A DNA stretch of 20,000 nucleotides from Mesotaenium endlicherianum (GCA_009602735.1 WELA01000232.1:53524-73523); one strand, 5' to 3'. Positions 7,597-17,034 are shown, counted from the first letter of the stretch. Translations and numbers: made by a program. Notes: generated by a model not told the origin, from the letters alone.

Positions 7597-8655
7597 ATGG
7601 CACACCTACTAAATTTCAACGAACTCACCGGAGCACATAGCTTCTTTTCCGTAAAAGAAAAACCCTGGCACGGCCTCGGCACCATCGTAGATGCGTATCC
7701 CACCAGCCGCGAGGCACTGCAATTTGCAGGCCTAGATTACACAGTGGAAAAACGCCCCCTGTTTACCTACGACAATGAAAACCAGGCAGCGGACGAAGAA
7801 ACCGGTATCAAAATCCCTGAGATAACGGTGCCCGATTACTACGCGACCATCAGGACGGACAATGAAGCGGTATTGGGTGTTGTCGGTAAAGATTATGAAG
7901 TAGTTCAGAATGTAGACGCCTTCTCCTTCTTTGACGCAATCGTAGGCGGCGATGGCATCCTATACGAAACCGCCGGAGCGCTCGGCAAGGGCGAACGCAT
8001 TTTCATCACCGCAAAGCTGCCCGGTTATATCAGGGTCGGCAGCGGCGACTGCATTGAGAAGTACCTGTTCCTCACCACATCCCACGACGGTTACGGCAGC
8101 ATCACAGCGGCGTTTACACCTGTACGTATTTGCTGCAATAACACCTTAAACGCAGCGCTTCGAAACCACACAAACGCCATTAAAATCAGACACACTTTGG
8201 GTGCCAAAGAAAGGCTGGAACAGGCGCACAAACTGATGGGAATCAGCAACCAATTATCGGTACAAATGGAAGAGATTTTCAACCATTGGTCAAGGGTTTC
8301 CTTGACCGAGAAAGAGGTCAAATCATTGATCCGGCAGACACTTGTACCGAATAAGGAAGCGCTGATGGCACTGGAAGCGGGGAAAACGGATGAGTGTTCA
8401 ACCTACTACCGGAACATGTGTGATACCGCGTTTACCTACGCCATGTCCAACGACACGCAGCAAATGGAAACCACCCGCGGAACCTTGTTCGGTGCCTATA
8501 ACGGTATCACGGGCTACTTCCAGAACGTCCGCAAGTACAAGGATGATACCGCTAAACTGAAATCTGTCTTGTACGGTGGCCTTGCCCAGCAACGTGGCCA
8601 GGAAGCCTTCAACCTCTGCACCAGATTCGCCGCCGGCGAAATAAACCTGAATTAA
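7597..8655 (+). CDS. DUF932/DUF945 phage/plasmid-like protein
   Basis: MAH...PWHGLG, YEVVQN..AF.FFD, YETAGALG.G, TSHDG.GS...FTPVRI.CNNTL and GTLFGAYN motifs. Confidence 0.9.
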   Translation: MAHLLNFNELTGAHSFFSVKEKPWHGLGTIVDAYPTSREALQFAGLDYTVEKRPLFTYDNENQAADEETGIKIPEITVPDYYATIRTDNEAVLGVVGKDYEVVQNVDAFSFFDAIVGGDGILYETAGALGKGERIFITAKLPGYIRVGSGDCIEKYLFLTTSHDGYGSITAAFTPVRICCNNTLNAALRNHTNAIKIRHTLGAKERLEQAHKLMGISNQLSVQMEEIFNHWSRVSLTEKEVKSLIRQTLVPNKEALMALEAGKTDECSTYYRNMCDTAFTYAMSNDTQQMETTRGTLFGAYNGITGYFQNVRKYKDDTAKLKSVLYGGLAQQRGQEAFNLCTRFAAGEINLN

Positions 8656-8661
8656 TCACTT

Positions 8662-8693
8662 AAAAGGGCAGCGGTCAGACCGCTGCCCTTTTT
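8662..8693 (+). terminator. Intrinsic terminator, possibly bidirectional
   Basis: AAAAGGGCAGCGGT-cag-ACCGCTGCCCTTTTT directly after the DUF932 stop. Confidence 0.9.
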
Positions 8694-8899
8694 CTATAAA
8701 TCTTTTCCAAAATCACGGGTCTCAGTGACAAACTGATCAAAATAGCCAACCCGGAAATAATTTTTCATTTCTGCGATATATAAATCTGAGCCATACCTAT
8801 ACCCCAAAAAAACTACGGGCTAGCACGCATAAATCACGTACTTGTACGCTATGATCCCATCATTGCACCCAATACCTTTACACCCTAAATCATTACTAC

Positions 8900-9160
8900 A
8901 TGACCCAATCTCCCGTTGTATACACCACACTCTCCCCTGAAGAATGTGCTGACCCCGCGATCGTGATTTCAGAACTGTTCCTTGACCTCGGCCTGCCCAT
9001 CGTCAAACAATATATGTGGGAAGGATTGAAAGCTACCGTGAGCGGCACGTTTTATCACCTCTCAAAACGGGAGCGAGAACTGTATCTGATACTTTATGAG
9101 CATTTAGAACAGCTTGTTGAGGCCGCACATATCCTCCACGAACAAAAGCGTACACAATAA
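8900..9160 (+). CDS. Small helical hypothetical protein
   Basis: 86-aa ORF with an AT-rich leader and a hairpin just after its stop codon. Confidence 0.65.
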   Translation: MTQSPVVYTTLSPEECADPAIVISELFLDLGLPIVKQYMWEGLKATVSGTFYHLSKRERELYLILYEHLEQLVEAAHILHEQKRTQ

Positions 9161-9166
9161 TAGCCG

Positions 9167-9233
9167 TTACTGCACGCGCTTCGTGCAGTAATTCTGTTAG
9201 GTGCCGTCGCGAGAGCGACCAGAGTACCTAACA
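9167..9233 (+). other. Two adjacent stem-loops, the second closed by a GAGA tetraloop
   Basis: TTACTGCACG/CGTGCAGTAA (9167-9191); TGTTAGGTGC..GTCGC-GAGA-GCGAC..GTACCTAACA (9195-9233). Confidence 0.6.
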
Positions 9234-9554
9234 TTCTGTTGATCTTCCTGCTGCAGCCCGATATATCTGTGCCTTTTAATATGCCAAGGAAACTATTTTT
9301 TCAACCACCATGTCGCACGCCGGATCGCAGAACAATCGCCTCAAAAAATAGACGTGGGGCAGCCGATTGTCAAAGCGGATTTGCGCTCAAATGCAGTCCA
9401 TCCATCCTTCATCACACATCTGCCTCTCTCTACTCCGTTTTATACGCTACCTGCCCGAAATTCAGGCAGCCCGCACACTCCCTTTTCATCCTCAATAATT
9501 TTATACTGTCAATTCCGGTGAGCCTAGAAAAGGCTTACTGAACCACCATCATCT

Positions 9555-9640
9555 CAGACGTCTTCGCGCCGTCTGCAAGATGTACAAACGTTACACGTTT
9601 GGGTTCTTTAGCCACTCACTCGGAACTCGTTCGTGGTGCA
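9555..9640. other. Putative oriT region
   Basis: Lies immediately upstream of the mob operon. Contains the inverted repeats CAGACG/CGTCTG (9555-9575) and CAAACGT/ACGTTTG (9585-9601) around GCAAGATGTA. The nick site was not identified. Confidence 0.5.
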
Positions 9641-9654
9641 GATAAAATGAGAAT

Positions 9655-10038
9655 GTGATGAAAGAAAAAGAACGTAAGATTCGCGACCACTGGGTGAATG
9701 TGCGCATGACCCAACAGGAGTTTCAAACACTCCAGGCCAACCGAAAAAAAACGCTGGATCGAACCAACAGCGATTACATCCGCAAATTGGTGTTGGGCCA
9801 ACCGGTAAAAATTCTCACGCGCGATGCCTCAGTCGATGCTTTTACAAACGAGATCATCCAACTTCGAAAAGAGCTCAACGCACTTGGCCAGAATTTCAAC
9901 CAGGCCGTTCGCAAATTACATACCCTCAAAATGATCCCCGAATTCAGAAGCTGGATCACGGAGTATGAACAAACCAGAAAAGACATTCTCACCCACGCTG
10001 AAACCATTTGTTCCACCCTATTGCAAAACAAATCCTGA
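9655..10038 (+). CDS. Relaxosome accessory protein (ribbon-helix-helix, MobC/MobA type)
   Basis: VNVRMTQQEF...SDYIRKLVL and ELNALGQNFNQAVRKLH motifs. Confidence 0.88.
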   Translation: MMKEKERKIRDHWVNVRMTQQEFQTLQANRKKTLDRTNSDYIRKLVLGQPVKILTRDASVDAFTNEIIQLRKELNALGQNFNQAVRKLHTLKMIPEFRSWITEYEQTRKDILTHAETICSTLLQNKS

Positions 10039-11228
10039 TGGTAGTACGAATCACCACACCCGCCAGCCTGCTGGAAACGTTGAACTACCATGAGCACAAA
10101 GTTCGCCGCGGTGTGGCCACCTGCATCGCCGAGAACCACTTTCCTTACCCGGTCCACCGGATGAACTTTTATCACAAGTTGGAATGGTTTCAGCAGCGCA
10201 ACGAACTCAACACAAGGGCTACCACTAAAACCATCCATGTTTCACTCAACTACGATCCATCCGAGTCATTGACGAATGAACGCCTGATCGAGATCGCCGC
10301 TGATTACATGCAACGCCTGGGCTTTGACCAGCAACCCTACCTCGTTTACCGCCACCACGATGCGAGCCATCCCCATGTTCACATCATGGCCACACTGATC
10401 CGCGCAGATGGTTCGCGTATTCCAACTCACAACATTGCCCGCGATCAATCTGAACCTGCAAGGACGGCGATTGAGCAAAAGTATGAGCTTGTCCATGCAG
10501 CCGGCCGCCGTTCATTGAGCGAAAATCCCGTACCGGGCGTAAAGGCAGTCTATGGTAAAAGCGAAACCAAACGCGGCATTGCAAATGCATTGAAGCAGGT
10601 GGTGGGCGTGTACAACTATACCACCCTTGCGGAGTTGAATGCAGTGCTGAAAGATTTTGGTGTCATGGCCGACCGCGGCGTTAAGGACAGCTTTACTTAT
10701 CGAAAGGGTGGTCTGTTGTACCGTATGCTTGGGCCGGATGGCGTCCCCACCGGCGTCCCCATCAAAGCGAGCGCCATCGCTGGTAAACCCACGCTACGCC
10801 TCCTCGAATCAAAATTCCTGGCCAACAAAACCGAGCGCGAACTGCCCAGACTCAGCCTCCAAAACACGCTTGATCAGATCATCTCGATTCGCCCCGCAAC
10901 GATCGAAGCGTTCATGAGACTAGCTGAAAAAGAAAGCATCAAAGTAGTACTGCGACAAAATGCAGAAGGCCGCATCTATGGCATCACTTTCGTCGATCAC
11001 CGCAACCGCTCCGTATTCAATGGCTCCGAAATCGGTAAGGAGTATAGCATCAACGGCTTATATAAACAATTCGAAAAACAGTTGGCACCCACATCTCAAC
11101 ATTTACCAGAACAAAACTTTCTACCTGAGCACTCCATTACAGACACACTGCTGCACACCCATACATCAGAAACCAATACACCACATCACTTGACTAAAAA
11201 ACGAAAGAAGAAGAAACAAAAGCTATAA
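10038..11228 (+). CDS. MOBP-family relaxase (Bacteroides MobB type)
   Basis: Starts in a TGATG overlap at 10036-10040. Motif I LNYHEHKV, motif II HVSLNY, motif III YRHHDASHPHVHI; C-terminal GRIYGITFVDH...FNGSEIGKEYS and a basic tail. Confidence 0.92.
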   Translation: MVVRITTPASLLETLNYHEHKVRRGVATCIAENHFPYPVHRMNFYHKLEWFQQRNELNTRATTKTIHVSLNYDPSESLTNERLIEIAADYMQRLGFDQQPYLVYRHHDASHPHVHIMATLIRADGSRIPTHNIARDQSEPARTAIEQKYELVHAAGRRSLSENPVPGVKAVYGKSETKRGIANALKQVVGVYNYTTLAELNAVLKDFGVMADRGVKDSFTYRKGGLLYRMLGPDGVPTGVPIKASAIAGKPTLRLLESKFLANKTERELPRLSLQNTLDQIISIRPATIEAFMRLAEKESIKVVLRQNAEGRIYGITFVDHRNRSVFNGSEIGKEYSINGLYKQFEKQLAPTSQHLPEQNFLPEHSITDTLLHTHTSETNTPHHLTKKRKKKKQKL

Positions 11229-11246
11229 CCATAAAATCAGACCACC

Positions 11247-13217
11247 ATGTCAACAGGTGAAAACGAACAGGACTTGCGAAGGATGCTTGACATGACGAGA
11301 TTTCTAGGCATCATTATTTTACTGCTGCATTTTTACTATTACTGCTACGCTGCTTTTGCTAGCTGGCGGTGGCGGGCAGACTTTACAGATCAGCTCATCC
11401 GAAGCATTGAACGCACTGGTTTATTCAAATCTTTCCTCCACACAAAACTCATCGCGCTCTTTTTACTGATCGTTTCACTGTTGGGTGCGCAAGGCAAGAA
11501 AGAAGAAAGCATCCACGCCAGTTCTCTGCTGTGGCTGCTGGGTGCAGGAATATTTCTTTATTTCGCCAGCGGCTGTTTGCTCACGCCCCATTGGTCATTC
11601 GACACAACTGCAGTCTGCTATATTTCTACCTGTACGTGCGGCTATATCCTGGTGCTCGCCGGCGGAACCCGTGCCTCCCGCCTGATCCGGGCACAATTCA
11701 GAAAAGATGTCTTCAACGAACGCAACGAAACCTTCCCGCAGGAAGAACGCCTGCTTGCAAACGAATACTCCGTCAACTTCAATGCGCTCTACCGTTTACA
11801 GGAAAAACAGCGCGAAAGCCACATCAATATTATCAACCCATTTCGGGGCCTGCTCGTCACCGGGAGCCCCGGCGCCGGAAAGAGCTGGTTTGTCATTTTA
11901 CCACTTATTCGTCAGCAGATCGAAAAAGGGTTTGCCATGTTCATCTACGACTTCAAGTATGATGATCTTTCCAAAGCCGCTTACAACTGGCTGCAACAAT
12001 TCAGCGACGCTTATGCGTATCCACCCGCATTTTATGCAATCAATTTTGACGACCTGTTGTGCTCGCATCGCTGCAACCCGCTCGATCCCGAGTCAATGCA
12101 TGATATAACCGACGCAACCGAATCCGCCAGAACGATACTGTTGGGACTGAATCGGGAATGGATCAAAAAACAGGGGGATTTCTTTGTGGAGTCACCCATC
12201 AATTTTGTAACGGCAGTGATCTGGTTCCTCCGCAAATACGAGGACGGCAGGTATTGCACCTTACCTCATGTCATCGAACTTATGCAGGCGGAGTACGATG
12301 ACCTGTTCCCCGTACTCAATACCATTCCTGAAATCGAGGTGTTGGTTAACCCATTTATCACCGCTTTCCGCAATGACGCGATGGAACAGCTCGAGGGTCA
12401 GGTTGCCAGTGCTAAAATCGGGATGGCCCGACTCGCATCACCACAACTCTATTGGGTGCTTTCCGGAAACGATTTCACATTAGACATCAATGATCCCAAC
12501 AAGCCCAAAATCATCTGCGTTGGAAACAACCCGGAAAAACAAGCAACCTATGGTGCAGTGTTATCCCTGTATATTTCAAGACTCATCAAGATCGTCAACA
12601 AGAAAGGGAAACAGAAATGTTCCCTGGTCTTTGATGAGTTCCCTACCATCTTCTTTAACCACATGGATGGCCTGATCGCTACCGCCCGCAGCAACCAAGT
12701 AGCTACTACCCTGGCCATGCAGGATTTCAGCCAGCTTCGAAAGGATTATGGAAAGGAACAGGCCGATGTCATCACCAATATTTGCGGCAACATCATCAGC
12801 GGACAGGTAACAGGTGATACAGCCAAAACAATTTCTGAACGTTTCGGGAAGATCGTGCAGCAGAAAGACAGTATCTCAATCAACCGGACGGACACCTCTA
12901 CCAGCAAATCCTGGCAGTTAGAATATGCCCTGCCTGCTTCTAAAATTGCTTCGCTTTCTTCCGGCGAGTTTGTGGGCATGGTGGCCGATGATCCGCATGA
13001 AAAGATCAAACTCAAAATGTTCCACTCAGAATTTGTGCAGGATACTGGTGCCATCAATAAACAAATGAAATATTTTAAGCCCATTCCAAAAGTCTATGAC
13101 ATTTCTCAGCAGGATGTGCTGGACAATTATTTTCAGATCAAACTGGACATAAAGAACATGCTCGAAAACGAGGTGAACCGTTTAGTGGAGCAGATAACTG
13201 CACAAGGCAGGATGTAA
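11247..13217 (+). CDS. Type IV coupling protein (TraG/TraD/VirD4 family, Bacteroides MobC with YWFCY domain)
   Basis: MSTGENEQDLR, HFYYYCY, N-terminal TM helices, Walker A GSPGAGKS, Walker B LVFDEFPT and ATARSN. Confidence 0.95.
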   Translation: MSTGENEQDLRRMLDMTRFLGIIILLLHFYYYCYAAFASWRWRADFTDQLIRSIERTGLFKSFLHTKLIALFLLIVSLLGAQGKKEESIHASSLLWLLGAGIFLYFASGCLLTPHWSFDTTAVCYISTCTCGYILVLAGGTRASRLIRAQFRKDVFNERNETFPQEERLLANEYSVNFNALYRLQEKQRESHINIINPFRGLLVTGSPGAGKSWFVILPLIRQQIEKGFAMFIYDFKYDDLSKAAYNWLQQFSDAYAYPPAFYAINFDDLLCSHRCNPLDPESMHDITDATESARTILLGLNREWIKKQGDFFVESPINFVTAVIWFLRKYEDGRYCTLPHVIELMQAEYDDLFPVLNTIPEIEVLVNPFITAFRNDAMEQLEGQVASAKIGMARLASPQLYWVLSGNDFTLDINDPNKPKIICVGNNPEKQATYGAVLSLYISRLIKIVNKKGKQKCSLVFDEFPTIFFNHMDGLIATARSNQVATTLAMQDFSQLRKDYGKEQADVITNICGNIISGQVTGDTAKTISERFGKIVQQKDSISINRTDTSTSKSWQLEYALPASKIASLSSGEFVGMVADDPHEKIKLKMFHSEFVQDTGAINKQMKYFKPIPKVYDISQQDVLDNYFQIKLDIKNMLENEVNRLVEQITAQGRM

Positions 13218-13241
13218 CAGGCACAGGTAAGCTGCATGTTT

Positions 13242-13420
13242 CCTTGTCAAACTCCCCAGGGGTTGGTACGGGGCGGTTGACAAGGAAAACAAAAAAGTAA
13301 TATAAAAAAGACTGATGCTCCACTGCTCAGCACCTTTACACAGGGCATCATAATAGAAACACTATAGTTGGGAAAGCCTGTTTTGCTATAGCAGGCATTT
13401 TCTTGAAAGTCAACCAATTA
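13242..13420. repeat. 179-bp structured direct repeat, copy 1
   Basis: Aligns without gaps to 16822-17000 with 12 mismatches counted by hand. Confidence 0.97.
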
Positions 13421-13530
13421 CACACCCTGTTCCCGATAAAAGTATCCTGAAATCAAAAGCTCGTTGAAAGCAGTTGCTGTTGACACCCCACTCTATAGTT
13501 TAGCCTTTGCTGGAATATGAGAGGAGGTCA

Positions 13531-13659
13531 TTACAAGTCATCCGTTTCTATATTTTGCATACTTGAATAAACATGGAAGGCGCCTTTTGTGATAATCTTT
13601 GTTCCAGGCTCCAGTTGTTTGAGTAAACTAATTTCTACAAATCCCAACTGACTCGTCCT
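13531..13659 (-). pseudogene. C-terminal remnant of an RND efflux periplasmic adaptor (CzcB-like)
   Basis: Manual translation RTSQLGFVEISLLKQLEPGTKIITKGAFHVYSSMQNIETDDL* resembles the G.VEI...G..IVT.GAF C-terminus of membrane fusion proteins. There is an in-frame stop just upstream. Confidence 0.55.
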
Positions 13660-13759
13660 GAAAAAACCTTACACTGTTAATAGCTTCTCGTCCTTAATAT
13701 CTTTCCCGCACCAATTCTCTAAAAACCTGCTCATAGTTTGCTGAATCTAATAGTGCTGG

Positions 13760-14206
13760 CCTTGCCAAGAAGAGAGTACAGTGTGAGGAACGATTATAAT
13801 ATCCTGCGCCGAACCAACCGTATTTCCTTTGATGACAATGGATACATGACCAGCTGAACCAGAAAATCCTTCGTAAGGACGACCAGGATAAATTACTGGT
13901 GAATGAAACCGATGTAACCAGTTATTATCGTGTTGACAACAAGCAACGTGAGGCAGCTACGAAATATCGGGAAAAGCCAAGGATTACCGGACACATGTGT
14001 GCTCCGCACGGAAAGGATACCTTTCTACGCACCAGACCGTAACAGTCAAATCCCTGGTGAACGGGAAACCTATGCATGATTTTCTGTTTGCCATGGCCGA
14101 TGATTATACAAAAGGAATGCTATCTTTGACAAACCTTGATTCCAAGATCGCCAAATACTTGAGTGATTTTACCGAGCAGGGTAATATAACTGCCAGCGAT
14201 AAATAA
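13760..14206 (+). pseudogene. Frameshifted C-terminal remnant of a DUF6607-like protein
   Basis: Manual translation across frameshifts: LPRREYSVRNDYNILRRTNRI / HDQLNQKILRKDDQDKLLVNE / VNGKPMHDFLFAMAD. Confidence 0.55.
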
Positions 14207-14304
14207 GTACCGTATATTTGAAATATGATAATCCTTGTCAAAAGCAGGGATTATTGTTTTATGCGGGTATGGGTTCCTTTTATTATCAAACAAAAATTTG
14301 CTTT

Positions 14305-16509
14305 ATGAAAATCAGTCTATACTTTTTTATCATTTTTTTCTCCGTCTGCACTTGCTATGGGCAGCGTAGAGATCATAAAACGGATACATCACAGGTTCAT
14401 ATCCTCGATAGCATCCGGGTACGCTCTGTACTAAAGAACAGCTCGACTCCTTATATGGGAGATATAGCGGGCACCGGCATTTTTGCCGGGAAAAAAACCT
14501 TCGAATGGGAGCCTGATGCGGCAGAGGCCAATCTTGCGCAGAATAATGGCAGAACTACGCTGGCGAGGGTTCCGGGCCTGGTGATCTGGGATATGGATGG
14601 CGCAGGCACGCAGTTGAATATCGGCACCAGGGGAACGGATGCACACCGCTCTATCGAGATGAATATGCGACAGAACGGGTATAATACCAATTCCGATCTG
14701 TTTGGTTATCCCGAGGATCATTATACACCCGCATTGCAGGCTGTTGAGCGTTTCCAGTATGTGCGGGGATCTGCTGCCTTGCAGTTCGGACCGCAGTTTG
14801 GTGGCATGCTGAATTATGTGATGAAAAAGGGTGACAGCACCAGACCCTTTGTGATTGAAACCGAACAGAGTGCAGGATCAAACCGCCTGGTCAACTCTTA
14901 TAATTCCATTGGCGGCACTGTTGGAAGACTGAATTACTTTGCTTACGCCGATTTCCGGCATGGCGATGGCTGGCGCGCAGATGCACGTTTCGATTACCAG
15001 TCCTATTATGCAGGTGTGTATTATCATATTAGTAATACTGCAGTGTTGTCGCTGCAATTTTCAAGGATGAATTATCTGCAGCAGATTGCAGGAGGACTAA
15101 CAGATGCACAGTTCCAGCAGGACGCAAGGCAGGCAACGCGCACACGCAATTATTTCAACCCGGAGATCAATATCCCTGCATTGAATCTCGAATGGACAAT
15201 AAACAGCCGAACAAAAATACAAGTGCAGGCAAGCGGTGTTTTTGGCGAGCGTAACAGTGTACAGTTCATCAATACACCGGACATCAGGGATACCTTCAAT
15301 ACTGCTATCGGCAGCTATAACCCCAGACAGGTGGACCGGGATTATTATAGTGGGATTGCTTTTGAAACAAGGCTGCTGCATCAATACACTATCGGGAATC
15401 TGAGGTCCACACTGGCTGCAGGCATGCGCCTCTCTACCCAGCAAACCAAGAGAAAGCAGAAAGGCGTTGGCACCAGCGGTTTTGACTATGATCTGACACT
15501 GGTGAAAGGATATGGCATTGACCTGAAACTACGCACCGATAACCAGGCGCTTTTTGCAGAGAATATTTTCCAGGTAAGCAATGCTTTTTCCATTACGCCG
15601 GGCCTTCGCGCTGAACATATACAAAGCAAGATGGACGGAGTGATCAATAACGCTACGGTCCCTGTTTCTTATGGCGGCGATCGTTGGTTACCGCTGGCGG
15701 GATTGGGCCTTCAGTATGAGATAAACAAAGGATCGCAGTTATACGGCAATATTTCGCAAGCCTACCGGCCTTACCTGTATGCAGCGGTCACTCCAGCTAC
15801 ACAGGTGGACCATGTCGATCCAAACCTAAAGGATAGCAAAGGATATGATATTGAGTTGGGATGGCGCGGACGAAACAGTGACCTGATCCGTTACGATATC
15901 AGTTTTTTTTATCTCTATTATGGGAACCGTGTGGGTCTGATCACGGTTACAGATCCTGTAAGTGGTAACTATCTCTATAGTACCAATATCGGTAACTCGG
16001 GTACAACAGGTATAGACTGTTACCTGGATGGATCGCTTACGAGGCTGTTTACCGGCAGCCAAAACAGGAATACCGATCTGCGACTTTTTGCTTCGGTTAC
16101 TTATAACCGCGCGCGGTATACCAGCGGCGTGATTTCTAAAGGGGGTGTCAATACTTCTGTAAAAGGTAACCAGGTAGAGAATACACCCGACTGGATCGTC
16201 AAGACAGGTTTGCAGTTCCGTTATCGATCTTTTAATACTACGCTTCAATACAGTTACAACAGCAGCAGTTACAGCGACGCGTTCAATACTGGTTTCACAG
16301 CAACAGGTGTTATCGGTATCGTACCCTCCTGGCATATTATAGATTGGACGGCGGCTTACCAGACCAATGCAGGCTATCGCTTTTCGGCGGGTATTAATAA
16401 CTTGCTGAACACAGTTTATTTTAACCGCCGTATCAATATGTATCCGGGGCCAGGTATCCTTCCGGCTGATAAACGAACATTTTATGTGTCAATAGGAGTG
16501 AAAATATGA
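14305..16509 (+). CDS. TonB-dependent receptor, FecA-like; ATG 14305 is the likely start
   Basis: Signal peptide MKISLYFFIIFFSVCTCYG|Q, plug motifs LARVPGL and YVRGSAALQFGPQFGGMLNY, barrel strands, GINNLLN.VYF and C-terminal RTFYVSIGVKI. Confidence 0.93.
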   Translation: MKISLYFFIIFFSVCTCYGQRRDHKTDTSQVHILDSIRVRSVLKNSSTPYMGDIAGTGIFAGKKTFEWEPDAAEANLAQNNGRTTLARVPGLVIWDMDGAGTQLNIGTRGTDAHRSIEMNMRQNGYNTNSDLFGYPEDHYTPALQAVERFQYVRGSAALQFGPQFGGMLNYVMKKGDSTRPFVIETEQSAGSNRLVNSYNSIGGTVGRLNYFAYADFRHGDGWRADARFDYQSYYAGVYYHISNTAVLSLQFSRMNYLQQIAGGLTDAQFQQDARQATRTRNYFNPEINIPALNLEWTINSRTKIQVQASGVFGERNSVQFINTPDIRDTFNTAIGSYNPRQVDRDYYSGIAFETRLLHQYTIGNLRSTLAAGMRLSTQQTKRKQKGVGTSGFDYDLTLVKGYGIDLKLRTDNQALFAENIFQVSNAFSITPGLRAEHIQSKMDGVINNATVPVSYGGDRWLPLAGLGLQYEINKGSQLYGNISQAYRPYLYAAVTPATQVDHVDPNLKDSKGYDIELGWRGRNSDLIRYDISFFYLYYGNRVGLITVTDPVSGNYLYSTNIGNSGTTGIDCYLDGSLTRLFTGSQNRNTDLRLFASVTYNRARYTSGVISKGGVNTSVKGNQVENTPDWIVKTGLQFRYRSFNTTLQYSYNSSSYSDAFNTGFTATGVIGIVPSWHIIDWTAAYQTNAGYRFSAGINNLLNTVYFNRRINMYPGPGILPADKRTFYVSIGVKI

Positions 16510-16592
16510 CAACGACATTTCGAAGGACTTTGGTGACTAAACTGATATAAATAAATTTTGTTTTCAGTATATGTTAACTTGGGTGTAGGTTC

Positions 16593-16628
16593 TAACGAAG
16601 CCGTTCTTTTAAAAGAACGGCTTCGTTA
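16593..16628. terminator. Perfect 36-bp palindrome downstream of the receptor, probable terminator
   Basis: TAACGAAGCCGTTCTTTT|AAAAGAACGGCTTCGTTA. Confidence 0.7.
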
Positions 16629-16821
16629 ATTATTGGAATTGTGTTAAAATAAATTAGATGTTTATGAGTTAAATTATAAAGAGACTGATTCGTTTTTCTT
16701 AATTCTTCCTATGCTGTTCAGTTATTATAAATGTTTATTTTTCATGCGTGATTCATTGATTAGTAGCGATTTGAAAAAATAAATTAATTGATAACCAAGA
16801 TAATAAGAGTGGGTTCGCTTC

Positions 16822-17000
16822 CCTTGTCAAACTCCCCAGGGGTTGGTACGGGTCGGTTGACAAGGAAAACAAGGGAGTAATATTAAAAAGGCTGATGTTC
16901 CACTGCTCAGCGCCTTTACACAGGGTATTATAATAGAAACACTATAGTTGGGAAAGCCTGTTTTAATATAGCAGGCATTTTCTTGAAAGTCAACCAATTA
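16822..17000. repeat. 179-bp structured direct repeat, copy 2
   Basis: Offset exactly 3580 bp from copy 1; 167 of 179 bases are identical. Confidence 0.97.
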
Positions 17001-17034
17001 AACGGTTTTCAATTGTTTCACGAGTTAATATTCG

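Noticed and set aside
9239..9541. 100-aa ORF in the oriT gap
   Set aside because: TTG start, no recognisable motif and atypical composition; probably non-coding.
13242..13420. Cobalamin, NiCo or SAM riboswitch, or IscB omega RNA
   Set aside because: I could not match the consensus cores by eye and there is no IscB/TnpB gene. An Rfam search is still needed.
14218..14304. N-terminal extension of the TonB-dependent receptor
   Set aside because: The signal peptide begins at ATG 14305, and the extension overlaps a promoter box and hairpin.
13242..17000. CRISPR array or composite transposon
   Set aside because: There are only two 179-bp copies with no repeat-spacer periodicity, no transposase and no terminal inverted repeats spanning the unit.
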